Origin: an uncultured Gemmatimonadales bacterium | GTDB taxonomy: Bacteria; Gemmatimonadota; Gemmatimonadetes; Gemmatimonadales; GWC2-71-9 | Direction of reading: 5' to 3' | Assembly (NCBI GenBank): GCA_963815515.1 | Contig: CAWFGP010000001.1 | Coordinates: 999,848-1,063,847, forward strand | DNA length: 64,000 nucleotides | In this document: positions 25,490 to 34,398 of the stretch, in pieces | Layout of the letters: every line of letters begins with the position of its first letter | Numbering within the stretch: position 1 is the stretch's first letter | The notes under the pieces: generated by a model | What the model was told of the DNA's origin: nothing | Database searches by the model: none | The model's input: the letters and a program-made list of their open reading frames with translations, nothing else | Made by a program: the position numbers and the translations under genes

Positions 25490-27948
25490 GGGGACTCGGG
25501 CGTCGTATCGATCAGGGACTCGCCGGCGTTCCTGCCTTGCCGCTGGTCGAGGAAGGCCTGGAACACCTCAATGACCCTGGCAGTCGAGGACATGGTCCCG
25601 ACCGTCATTCGCACGTGTCGTCCATTGCGGAAATACCGGCTCCGATCGCGAAAGAAGATATGGCAGGCGGCAAAGTGATCGAGCAGCTCTTCGGGTCGAT
25701 CGATCTGGAAAAGAATGAAGTTCGCCCGTGAAGGAACACTGTCGATCCCTCGCGCGCGGAAGAAGTCTCCCAGGCGCCGCCGTGACTCCTCCACTTCGGC
25801 CACGTAGGCCCGCATCTCTCCACGATTCTCCAGCGCCGTCAGGGCCCCGATCTTGGCGAGCATAGTGACGCTCTTAGGGTTTACTACCCGGCGGAGCACC
25901 CGCGCCAGGTCGGGGCTGGCAAGCATGTAGCCGATTCGCAGGCCGGCCAGCCCGAATGCCTTGGAAAATGTCCGGAGGACGATGACGTTCGGCCAACTGG
26001 CCGTTAGGGGCGCCGCGGTCACGCCACAAAACTCAAAGTACGCTTCGTCCACCACGACGAGCACCTTCGACACGGCACAATGCCTGATGATTCCTTCCAC
26101 CTCTTCAGCCTCGAGCGCATAGCCGATCGGATTATTGGGGTTGTTCAGGTAGACCAGCCGTGGCGTTTCAAGGGTGATACGGCGACGGAACTCCTCCAGC
26201 GGGAACGGCGCCGAACCGTCGTAGGGGAAAAAGATCGACGTCGCGCCGTGCTGCTCTATGCTGGAGCGGAAGTTGTCGTAGGTGGGCTGCACGATCATGC
26301 ACCGGTCACCTGGCTTTGCGAAAGCGACCCCAAGTGCCTCGATCGCCGAATCCGAGCCGTGGGTAATGACGATGCTGTCCGCCGAAATGCCAGTATACGT
26401 ACTCAGCGCCTCGGTGAGCGCCGTGGACTCGGCAGCAGGGTACCAATTCAGGTACCGCGGCTCCGTTAATAGACCTTGCAGTACGCTGCGGATCCGTTCG
26501 CCCGCCGGGGTGGCGTCGGCTTCATTCCAGTCCAGCTTCAGGATCGGGAACCCGGAGTTCTCCGGCAGCCAAGCCTGCTGTGAAGAGATGATGTACTCCT
26601 CATGCTCCTCGACCCCCCTGCTGCCGCTGCGGCGCAGGATTGGCGCGGTCTTACCGTCGGCATTGGTGATGAACCGGTCGCTTATCTCGAGGTCCAGGCG
26701 CACGGCTCGCCCGAGCCGCATTTGGAGACCTTCCCTGAGAGAGGCGAGCACCGGCGCAGGATCGGTGATGTCCGGGCGCAGCACCAGCTTCACCACGACG
26801 TCGGAGAGCCCATACTGCACGATCTGGAACTTGAGCACCTGCTGGTGGTCTCGAAAGAGGGAGTAGAAGTTGACCGATGGCAGCCGGCGGCCGTCCGGCG
26901 TGACGATGCATTCGTCCTTCCGTCCAGCGACCGAGAGCACGAGCGGGGGGTACTGCTCCAGGGGGAAGAATCCATCCGCGGGCGCTCCCGCGCCCAGCCG
27001 AACGATGTCCCCGGTATCGTATCGAATGAACGGCATCACCGGGTTGTGGAAACTGGTGGCGACCAACCGGAATTCGCCCGCGGGAAGCTCGGGCGAGGGC
27101 AGGAACTCCGCGAAGCCATACTCCCAGTTGACCTCCATCCCGCTGTGTTCGGTGTTTTCCGTGATGACCAGCACCGGTTCCGTCATGCCGTACCAATCGA
27201 AGAGCTTTCGACCGAACGTCCGCTCGATCGTCGTCCGCTCGGTCGGTGTAAGGGTCTCGGATGCCGTGAAGAGACCCTGGATCCCCGTGAAGCGCTCGCG
27301 TACGGCATAAGCGTAATCGGCGAACACGCTCAGGGATGACGGATAACCGCGGACGAATCTGGGCTCGAACTCCAGGGCTCTCTCCACATAATGCTTCGCG
27401 TTCTGCGGCGTCAGATGATAGGCCGACATGAAGAGGCAATTCTGGCCCTTGTGCACGTACCAGAGCGGATCCCGCTCCGTCTTGGGTACGTAGCTCCGCA
27501 AGGCCATGAACTTGTCACGAAACCGATAACCCGCCTGGTTCCAATAGCGGAACATCGTTGCGTCGTCGAAGGCGACGTATCGCTCGTTCAACCTCATGCG
27601 AAGTGGCTCCCCGGTGGTGCCGCTGGTTTCGGCGGTCACGCTGCCGACCGCGAACCGATGGTCAAGCAGATCCGGACCTTGCCGGCGGACCACATCCTTC
27701 GTCAACAACGGCAGTCTGACCAGGCCCTCGAGACCCCGGAAATCCTTCCGTGGATCGAATCCTACAGCGTCGAATGCCGCTCGGTAATACCGGGTTCCTT
27801 CATACGCTCGCACGAGTGTCTGCCGGAGTTGTCTCAGGATGTACTCGCCCCGCCGTTCCGCGCTCCACGAGCGTGAATGGCGCAGGAAGGACCAGTTGAT
27901 CCAGAAGCCGTGCAGCTGGGCGATCGCCCGCACCTGGCGTTTACGCAT
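25486..27948 (-). CDS. Fusion protein: PaaK/CapK-type adenylate-forming enzyme / HisC-CobD-family PLP-dependent enzyme
   Basis: The N-terminal half has TAETSGTTGEPL, DWYGMTEP, IRYDTGDIV and GRKDECIVTPDGRRL (phenylacetate-CoA-ligase-like). The C-terminal half has ITHGSDSAIE, YLNNPNNPIG, VVVDEAYFEF and LRTFSKAFGLAGLRIGY (class II aminotransferase, PLP lysine). ATG 27948 overlaps the upstream gene's end by 8 nt. The stop overlaps the next start as ATGA. Confidence 0.85.
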   Translation of the reverse strand: MRKRQVRAIAQLHGFWINWSFLRHSRSWSAERRGEYILRQLRQTLVRAYEGTRYYRAAFDAVGFDPRKDFRGLEGLVRLPLLTKDVVRRQGPDLLDHRFAVGSVTAETSGTTGEPLRMRLNERYVAFDDATMFRYWNQAGYRFRDKFMALRSYVPKTERDPLWYVHKGQNCLFMSAYHLTPQNAKHYVERALEFEPRFVRGYPSSLSVFADYAYAVRERFTGIQGLFTASETLTPTERTTIERTFGRKLFDWYGMTEPVLVITENTEHSGMEVNWEYGFAEFLPSPELPAGEFRLVATSFHNPVMPFIRYDTGDIVRLGAGAPADGFFPLEQYPPLVLSVAGRKDECIVTPDGRRLPSVNFYSLFRDHQQVLKFQIVQYGLSDVVVKLVLRPDITDPAPVLASLREGLQMRLGRAVRLDLEISDRFITNADGKTAPILRRSGSRGVEEHEEYIISSQQAWLPENSGFPILKLDWNEADATPAGERIRSVLQGLLTEPRYLNWYPAAESTALTEALSTYTGISADSIVITHGSDSAIEALGVAFAKPGDRCMIVQPTYDNFRSSIEQHGATSIFFPYDGSAPFPLEEFRRRITLETPRLVYLNNPNNPIGYALEAEEVEGIIRHCAVSKVLVVVDEAYFEFCGVTAAPLTASWPNVIVLRTFSKAFGLAGLRIGYMLASPDLARVLRRVVNPKSVTMLAKIGALTALENRGEMRAYVAEVEESRRRLGDFFRARGIDSVPSRANFILFQIDRPEELLDHFAACHIFFRDRSRYFRNGRHVRMTVGTMSSTARVIEVFQAFLDQRQGRNAGESLIDTTPESP

Positions 27949-28744
27949 GCCGGTAGATCTCTTCCAGGACCGGCGGCGCCGACGCCCGGAGGTTGTTGCG
28001 GTAGAATCGGTACGCCTGCTTGGCCGCGGGCAGCAGCACATTCGGGAGCCTGAGGAACGGCCGGATCCGGTAATACAGTGGCGCGTACCGGCGCTCGTCC
28101 GATCCGGGAGACTGGTGAATGCCGCGCACCGCGAACGGAATCTCCCGTTTCAGCATCGCGCGGAGGCTCTCCTCCACTCCGCCGCGCAAGGCCAGCTCGC
28201 ACACACAGTGCGCCATGTCACTCTCGTAGTGAGCATCACTGCCGCCGAACAGCCCGACTGGCATCGACAGCAACGTCCGCGCTCGCTGGTTATCCACGAA
28301 TGACCCCTTCGCGTTGAACAGCTCGACTGCATCGATGCCGTCGACGTCGTCCCCGGTAGGCTGGACGACGGCCCTCAGAAGGCCGTCTTTGCGCCGAAAG
28401 GGGTGCGGCATCAGCGCCACGCCGCCCTGTTCGTGAATCTCGCGCACCGCATCCGGGCGCCGGGTCGACGTGATCCGATCATGAAGAAACAGGCCAATCA
28501 GATGGGAACCGTCCTCAAGGGTGCGCTCCTCTCCGATGATCAGATGCGGGCCCCGGCCAACAGCCTGCGCGTGGCGCTGGAACTCGCGAGCTCCTTCGAT
28601 CGTATCGTGGTCGGTGATGCACACGGCGTCGAGGCCGCGCCGCCGAGCGGTGCGGACCAGGCCATCGAACGTGATCAGACCATCCGAGGAGTGGACGGTG
28701 TGGCAGTGCATTTCCACGACGAGTCGATCGCGTCCGGCCATCAC
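27941..28744 (-). CDS. PHP-domain metal-dependent phosphoesterase
   Basis: VVEMHCHTVHSSDG...AVCITDHDT...ALMPHPF...GGSDAH are PHP His/Asp motifs. The start overlaps the upstream stop as GTGATG. Confidence 0.85.
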   Translation of the reverse strand: MMAGRDRLVVEMHCHTVHSSDGLITFDGLVRTARRRGLDAVCITDHDTIEGAREFQRHAQAVGRGPHLIIGEERTLEDGSHLIGLFLHDRITSTRRPDAVREIHEQGGVALMPHPFRRKDGLLRAVVQPTGDDVDGIDAVELFNAKGSFVDNQRARTLLSMPVGLFGGSDAHYESDMAHCVCELALRGGVEESLRAMLKREIPFAVRGIHQSPGSDERRYAPLYYRIRPFLRLPNVLLPAAKQAYRFYRNNLRASAPPVLEEIYRHA

Positions 28745-29937
28745 GGGGGGCCGGCCAGCGCGAGCGCATAGGCCTGGCGCAGTTGGGTCACCGATCTTTC
28801 CCAGCTCAACGGACCTTGGATGCGCTCCTGGCCGATCCGTCCCATCCGCGCGCGGCCCGTCGCATCGTCCAGCAATCGGGCGATGGCCTCGGCCAGCCGC
28901 TCGGCCGAGTTCTCGCCCACATAGGCAGCGGCCTCGCCCGCCGAAGCCCTGCCCTCCTTGAGATCGAACAGCACCTGCGGTTTGGCGAAAGTCATGTACT
29001 CCAGCACCTTGTTCATGGTGCAGTGGTCGTTATAGGAGTTGATCGGGTCGCAGGATACCCCCACGTCGATCGTCTGTAAGGCGGTGAACAGGAAGTCGTT
29101 GGTTACCCGCCCCGGCAAATCGACGTACTCCTGGAGGCCGAGGCGATCGCGCTGGGCCTGGAGGTTGGCATGTTCCGGCCCCGCACCCATCACCAGGAAT
29201 TGGACGTCCTTCCTCCCGGCCTCGTGAACGAGATACGCCGCGGCATCGATGAGGTAGTTGACGCCGTCCGCGTCACCCATCACCCCGATGTAGCCCGCCA
29301 GATAGGGGCGGCCCTTCTTGAGGCCGGGGTCGGGACGATATGCCGAGGCCACGATCGTGGGGGAGGTGCGCACGACGAACACTCGATCGTTCGGCTTCTG
29401 CCCACGATCGACTGCCATCTCCGCCACCGATTCGTTCGTCGCCAGCACCACGTCGGCACAGGCATACGTCAAACGCTCCGCCAAGCGTACCGCACGGTAG
29501 ACCAGTCCCCGCCTGCCAAACTTGGCCTCGAACATCTCGGGCCACAGATCGTGGACGTCATACACGACCTTCACCCGGAACAGCATCTTAAACGGCACCG
29601 CCACCAGGAAGAGCAGGTCCGGAGGATTGCACAGGTGGATTAACGTAAAGCGATGCCGACGCCAGGCCTTCCAGGCCAGGCACCACTCCCCCCATAGCGC
29701 GGAGGCGTACTCTCGCAGGAACCCGACGAATCCTCCCGCTTCTTCACTGATCCAGTGCCGATAGATCTGGATGCCATCGAGTACTTCCTCGGCTTGATTG
29801 AAACCGCGCATTTGCGGGCAGACGACGATCACCTGGTACCCAGCCTCACGAAGGGCACACGCCTCCTGCCAGACGCGGCGATCCAGAGGCACGGGGAGGT
29901 TCTCGACCAGGATGAGCACCGCTGGCTTAGCGCTCAT
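28741..29937 (-). CDS. Glycosyltransferase family 4 (WbuB-like)
   Basis: ILVENLPVPLDRRVWQEA...VYDVHDLWPE..., plus a C-terminal GT-B EX7E-type region (KVLEYM). It abuts the upstream stop (TGAATG). Confidence 0.8.
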   Translation of the reverse strand: MSAKPAVLILVENLPVPLDRRVWQEACALREAGYQVIVVCPQMRGFNQAEEVLDGIQIYRHWISEEAGGFVGFLREYASALWGEWCLAWKAWRRHRFTLIHLCNPPDLLFLVAVPFKMLFRVKVVYDVHDLWPEMFEAKFGRRGLVYRAVRLAERLTYACADVVLATNESVAEMAVDRGQKPNDRVFVVRTSPTIVASAYRPDPGLKKGRPYLAGYIGVMGDADGVNYLIDAAAYLVHEAGRKDVQFLVMGAGPEHANLQAQRDRLGLQEYVDLPGRVTNDFLFTALQTIDVGVSCDPINSYNDHCTMNKVLEYMTFAKPQVLFDLKEGRASAGEAAAYVGENSAERLAEAIARLLDDATGRARMGRIGQERIQGPLSWERSVTQLRQAYALALAGPP

Positions 29938-31239
29938 TCACCAGCACAGCCCTTGGTACCGTGTGGAGAGCTGTCGGAGCTCCGGCCATCCGTTCACGTC
30001 GATCACCTCGTGTCTCTCGGTCATGAGGGCCGCCAGCTCGTCAAGAGGCGCGCAGCGCTGGGTGGCGAGAACCACGCCTTGCTGCCCCAGCGCACTGGCA
30101 AGATCGGTGCAGAGAAGCGAGGCCAGGTGAGGCATCCGGGTGTCGATGACGCGCTTGTTCGCGCCAACTAGCGTCCCAAGGTTCAACGCGGGGTCATATA
30201 TCCGCACCTTGAAGCCGCGGCCCAGCAGCACCTGTGCCACCTCCACCATCGGGGCCTCCCGGAGGTCGTCTGTCTCCGCTTTGAAGGCCAGGCCGAGAAT
30301 GCAGATGTCGGTCTGCCCGGATTCGAGAATGAGTCCCAGCAGTTGCTGCAGGTGCTGGGCGTTGCTCGGCAGCAGGTTCTCTACCAGCGGCAGGCTTAGC
30401 CCGTGCATTCGGGCATGCTGCGTCAGCGCCCGCACGTCCTTTGGCAAGCAGGATCCACCGAACGGATTCCCCGGCTTCAGGTAGTACGCGGACACATTGA
30501 GCTTCGTATCGCGGCACACCAGGTCCATGACCTGGCGCGCATCCAGACCCATCTGCTTCCCCACACGTCCGATCTCGTTGGCAAACACGATCTTGGTCGC
30601 ATGGAACGCATTGCAGGCGTACTTGACCATCTCCGCGGTCGCCCAGTCGACGACCACAGTTCCCTCGCCGAAGAGATTGCGCACGAGGTCGGTGGGTGGC
30701 GCAGTGCCCTCCCGGACGCCAACAACACTCAATGACGGATTCAGAAAGTCGGCCACACCGGTGCCCTCACGGAGAAACTCCGGGTAATAGAACACCTCGA
30801 GTCTTCCGCCTCTCACCAAGTCACTCAAAAGATCATCGACCAGCCGCTTGGTGCTGCCCGGGAGCATCGTGCTGCGCAGGACCAGCACGTGCTTTCGGGA
30901 GGCTCTGCGCAAGGCATCGCCGATTTCTTGGGCCACCGCGCGCACAAAGCTGAGGTCCAGCTCCCCCGTCACTTTGGAAGGCGTTCCGACACACACTATC
31001 GAGAGGTCGGAGTCCCGGATGGCCTCATCCGCGTTTGTCGTCGCCCTCAGCAGGCCCTGGGACTTGGCGGCCTGGAGCAGCTGCTCCAGACCTGGCTCGA
31101 TGATCGGGGCGATTCCGGCGTTGAGGGCCGCGACCTTGGGCTCCTGGACGTCCACACCGATCACCGCGTGCCCCAATTTGGAGAGACACCCCACCGTTAC
31201 GGCGCCGACGTAGCCTAGTCCGAACACGCTGACGTTCAT
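29938..31239 (-). CDS. algD: Nucleotide-sugar 6-dehydrogenase, GDP-mannose 6-dehydrogenase (AlgD)-like
   Basis: MNVSVFGLGYVGAVTVGCLSKLGHAVIGVDV...PIIEPGLEQLL...CVGTPS...FGGSCLPKDVRAL...LAFKAETDDLREAP...GLCW. By recall it is collinear end to end with AlgD, including the terminal G(I/L)CW. Substrate assignment (GDP-Man versus UDP-sugar) is by similarity only. Confidence 0.8.
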   Translation of the reverse strand: MNVSVFGLGYVGAVTVGCLSKLGHAVIGVDVQEPKVAALNAGIAPIIEPGLEQLLQAAKSQGLLRATTNADEAIRDSDLSIVCVGTPSKVTGELDLSFVRAVAQEIGDALRRASRKHVLVLRSTMLPGSTKRLVDDLLSDLVRGGRLEVFYYPEFLREGTGVADFLNPSLSVVGVREGTAPPTDLVRNLFGEGTVVVDWATAEMVKYACNAFHATKIVFANEIGRVGKQMGLDARQVMDLVCRDTKLNVSAYYLKPGNPFGGSCLPKDVRALTQHARMHGLSLPLVENLLPSNAQHLQQLLGLILESGQTDICILGLAFKAETDDLREAPMVEVAQVLLGRGFKVRIYDPALNLGTLVGANKRVIDTRMPHLASLLCTDLASALGQQGVVLATQRCAPLDELAALMTERHEVIDVNGWPELRQLSTRYQGLCW

Positions 31240-33212
31240 GAGCGCGCAGAGCCGAAGAAGGTGGTGCGCAATACGGAGGCCGGCCCACGCATTGCGGGAG
31301 CCGTCAGCTTGAGACAGGGTGCTCGACAGATGACGCGAAAGGACGGAGAGACGAGCCCGTCCAGGAGCTGGCCGGCCACCTCGGCGGCCGGGCGGAGATG
31401 CACAGCGGAGACCGGAGAGACCAACTCAACCAGCTTCCAGTCGGAACTCACCTCGACAGCGGCCGTGACCCGGTTGAGACTTAGCGCGAACACTCGTTCG
31501 GACAGCTGTCGAACTTGCCAGCCCGGGGCGAACTGCCACCGCACTGTGAACGCCGCAGGGCGGTGGTCGATCCCAAGGCAGTCATCGTCCACCTGCCAGC
31601 CTGCACCATCCTCCAGGTCGACGATCCTCCGCCGCAGCTCGGTCTTCGGGAGATCGAGGGAGGCCATGGCCTCCCGCCCATCTGCCACAAGGGTTGGCCG
31701 ACGGTGGTGCTCGGCCCACAAAAAGGGTCCGAGGCGACGGGGCTGTTCTTCCCCTTGCGGACAAGGCGCATTGTGGGCGGCACGAGAGGCAAGCCATTCG
31801 CGTAGGCGGAGATCGCCATAGTATGCGCCCGTCCCGGGATCCACAACCAGCGCCTGGCCCTCCAGCCAGAGCGACAGATGAAGCGCATCCAGGTGGCCGT
31901 GCGCGGCGGTCGCCAGATACCCCAACGGGGAGAGATCCCACCGGAGCCGCCACGGACCAGCCTCACGAAGCGCGATCCCCGTGTCAGGATAGAGCCACCA
32001 GTCGCCGAGCGCGGTCGTATTCGGCGGCTGGGTCGGCGCGGAGTGTGCCACCGTCGCTGGTGCCTCACCCAGCCAATATTGCACCGCTCCGCGGATCTGC
32101 GGTCTGGTGAGCCATTCGTCCCAGTCCCTGACCGCATCCACCGCAAACAGGGGGGTCACGAAGGCGTCATCCGAATCGCCGTATTCCCAGGGCTCGGCCA
32201 CCGCCTGAACTCGCTGAAAGAATTGCGCCGCCGCAAGCAAGCGCTCGCGCACCGGCGGGGCGACATCGCTCCGAGCCGCTTGGAGTGCTCCCAGGGTCTG
32301 CCAGCACAGTTCGAACGAGAACAGGTGATAGTTGAGTGCCTGTTCCCTGTTTCCGCCGTCCGCTGCAAACTGGGCCAGGACCTGCTGCTCCCATAGGCGT
32401 TGCAGGTGAGCTAGGGGCGCCGCGAGTCGCGCAAGCGTCGGCCAGCGGGCAACTGCAATGACACAGCCAGCCAGCTCACCGAGCAGGTGGTTGTTCGCCG
32501 ACGACCCGAAGGACCGGTGTCGCCACGCATAGGACACGTGAGGTGGCAGCAGAGCAGCACGCAAGCTGGCCCAGCGCTCGCCTGCTCCTGGGCGCGACCC
32601 GGCCCGATCCCACCCCTCGCTGCCGGTCATCAAAGCATCCATCCAGGCAAACTGGGTCAGCCGGAGTCCTACCTCGAGCGCACTGGTCCAGTTCCAGCCC
32701 TTATAGGGAGGGTTGCACCGGACCCAATCCTCCAGCCATTCGATGCACTTCCACCCGGCGCGGGCGTCACGGAGCAGATAGCTCGCCATCGCCAGGCGGA
32801 CGAGCTGATTCCAGCGGCTCAGCTCCCAGATCAGCTTGACGTCTGCCCCGCCCGGCAGCGCCCGATAGTCGAGTCTGAAGGCTGAGACGTCGGTCGCAAG
32901 ATCCCGGCCCACAAGATGGTCGCGGTGCCACTGTGGCGGATCGTCGACGACGAGGTCCAGGTGCCCGAACGCCTTCCATCGCCCGGCGAGAATGTCCCCG
33001 ACATCCCGGCTCAGCGCTTCGAGCAGCGCTTGCGGTGCCGCCTCGCGTGCGGGCACCCGCGGGAACAGACCGGCACCTGCCGGCGGCAGCGGCTGGCTTT
33101 GCCAGCTGCGCCGCGCATCGTTGATCTGGCGGACTTTTCTTCGGCCATGCAGCGCGAGTTCGGCGGGGCTCATGGACCGCATCCGATGCCAGTACCAGTC
33201 AAGCCGCGCCAT
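31236..33212 (-). CDS. Heparinase II/III-like family protein (no signal peptide)
   Basis: WELSRWNQLVRLA...NPPYKGWNWTSALEVGLR...SANNHLLGELAG...GNREQALNYHLF...HGHLDALHLSLW...VVDPGTGAYY. The N-terminus MARLDWYWHRMRSMSPAEL is not a signal peptide. Confidence 0.8.
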   Translation of the reverse strand: MARLDWYWHRMRSMSPAELALHGRRKVRQINDARRSWQSQPLPPAGAGLFPRVPAREAAPQALLEALSRDVGDILAGRWKAFGHLDLVVDDPPQWHRDHLVGRDLATDVSAFRLDYRALPGGADVKLIWELSRWNQLVRLAMASYLLRDARAGWKCIEWLEDWVRCNPPYKGWNWTSALEVGLRLTQFAWMDALMTGSEGWDRAGSRPGAGERWASLRAALLPPHVSYAWRHRSFGSSANNHLLGELAGCVIAVARWPTLARLAAPLAHLQRLWEQQVLAQFAADGGNREQALNYHLFSFELCWQTLGALQAARSDVAPPVRERLLAAAQFFQRVQAVAEPWEYGDSDDAFVTPLFAVDAVRDWDEWLTRPQIRGAVQYWLGEAPATVAHSAPTQPPNTTALGDWWLYPDTGIALREAGPWRLRWDLSPLGYLATAAHGHLDALHLSLWLEGQALVVDPGTGAYYGDLRLREWLASRAAHNAPCPQGEEQPRRLGPFLWAEHHRRPTLVADGREAMASLDLPKTELRRRIVDLEDGAGWQVDDDCLGIDHRPAAFTVRWQFAPGWQVRQLSERVFALSLNRVTAAVEVSSDWKLVELVSPVSAVHLRPAAEVAGQLLDGLVSPSFRVICRAPCLKLTAPAMRGPASVLRTTFFGSARS

Positions 33213-34398
33213 ACGGTTCGCTTTGCGGGTGAGTTACGACAGCGCGGTAGATCTCCATCAGTCTCGCGTAGTTTCGCTCCCCGGAGTATCCGCGCTCGAA
33301 CTCATGCCGAGCGGCGCGCCCGAACGCCGCCCGGCCGTGAGCGTCCGCTACGGCCAGACGAATCTTGGCCGCCAAATCGGCCGGATCGCTAGCCTGAAAG
33401 TGCCACCCCGTCCGGCCGTCCTGCACCATCTCGGCGGCTGACCCCTCTCCGCTGACGATCACCGGCAATCCGGCAGCGTAGGCCTCGATGATGGTCATCG
33501 GGCAGTTTTCATAGCATTCCGAAGGGAACACGAGGAACGAAGCCGCCTTCATCTCTGCGAATACCCGCTCTTTCGGGAGGGGCCCCAGCCATTCTATTGA
33601 CGGCGAGGCGGATCTTACGTCCGGGATAGGACCGCCGATGATCTTGAGGCGACATGCCTGCCCCACCAGGTCCCAGGCCTTCTGCAGAACGCCGACACCT
33701 TTCTCCGGGGCGATTCTTCCCACATACAAGCCGAACTGTCCCGCGTGGTCGCCGGCGCCTGGGTCGGAGATCAGGAAGTTCGGCTTGACGAAGATCTTCG
33801 CGGCCGGCAGCCCGGCAGCGACGAACTTGCTCCGCGCAAATTCCGACAGGGCGATGTACGCCCCAACCGCCCGACGCCACGTGCCGATCAGCCGGTGCAG
33901 GCCCACCATGGTCGCGGTTACACCGCTGGCCCCGATGCTGCCGCGGTAACATGCATGCAAGACTCCCGGCCAGGCGAGGCGTTTGCCAAGACAGTCCTCG
34001 CAGACGTGACCGTCTCGGAACAGCACGCCGTTCACGCACGTCAGCCGAAAGTTGTGCAGCGACTGAACCACCGCGACCCCCTCCGCCCGAGCGGCATAGT
34101 AGGCCGACGGAGACACCAGCGGCTGGGTATTGTGGAAGTGCGCGACATCCGGCTGTTCGCGCCGGAATAAGGCACGCAGCTCGCGCTGCATGGCTCGGTT
34201 CCACACTGCAGTCGCCGCCAGTGTCACCCGCCCCATGTCCCTGATGCTATGGTTGTCCACGGTGAAGCGGACCACCGCGTGCCCCCGGCTCTCGAGCAGG
34301 TCGGTCTCCGCCCGAAATACCTCGTCTTCTCCTCCGGGCAATTGGTAGTGATTGTGCACCACCACCACCTTGAGCGGGGGCCGACTCAGGGTGTTCAC
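33199..34398 (-). CDS. Glycosyltransferase family 4
   Basis: KVVVVHNHYQLPGGEDEVF...GRIAPEKGV...FPSECYENCPMTIIEAYAAGLPVIVS. GTG 34398 overlaps the upstream stop (GTGA). The track extension to 34608 overlaps the upstream gene. Confidence 0.85.
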   Translation of the reverse strand: MNTLSRPPLKVVVVHNHYQLPGGEDEVFRAETDLLESRGHAVVRFTVDNHSIRDMGRVTLAATAVWNRAMQRELRALFRREQPDVAHFHNTQPLVSPSAYYAARAEGVAVVQSLHNFRLTCVNGVLFRDGHVCEDCLGKRLAWPGVLHACYRGSIGASGVTATMVGLHRLIGTWRRAVGAYIALSEFARSKFVAAGLPAAKIFVKPNFLISDPGAGDHAGQFGLYVGRIAPEKGVGVLQKAWDLVGQACRLKIIGGPIPDVRSASPSIEWLGPLPKERVFAEMKAASFLVFPSECYENCPMTIIEAYAAGLPVIVSGEGSAAEMVQDGRTGWHFQASDPADLAAKIRLAVADAHGRAAFGRAARHEFERGYSGERNYARLMEIYRAVVTHPQSEPYGAA

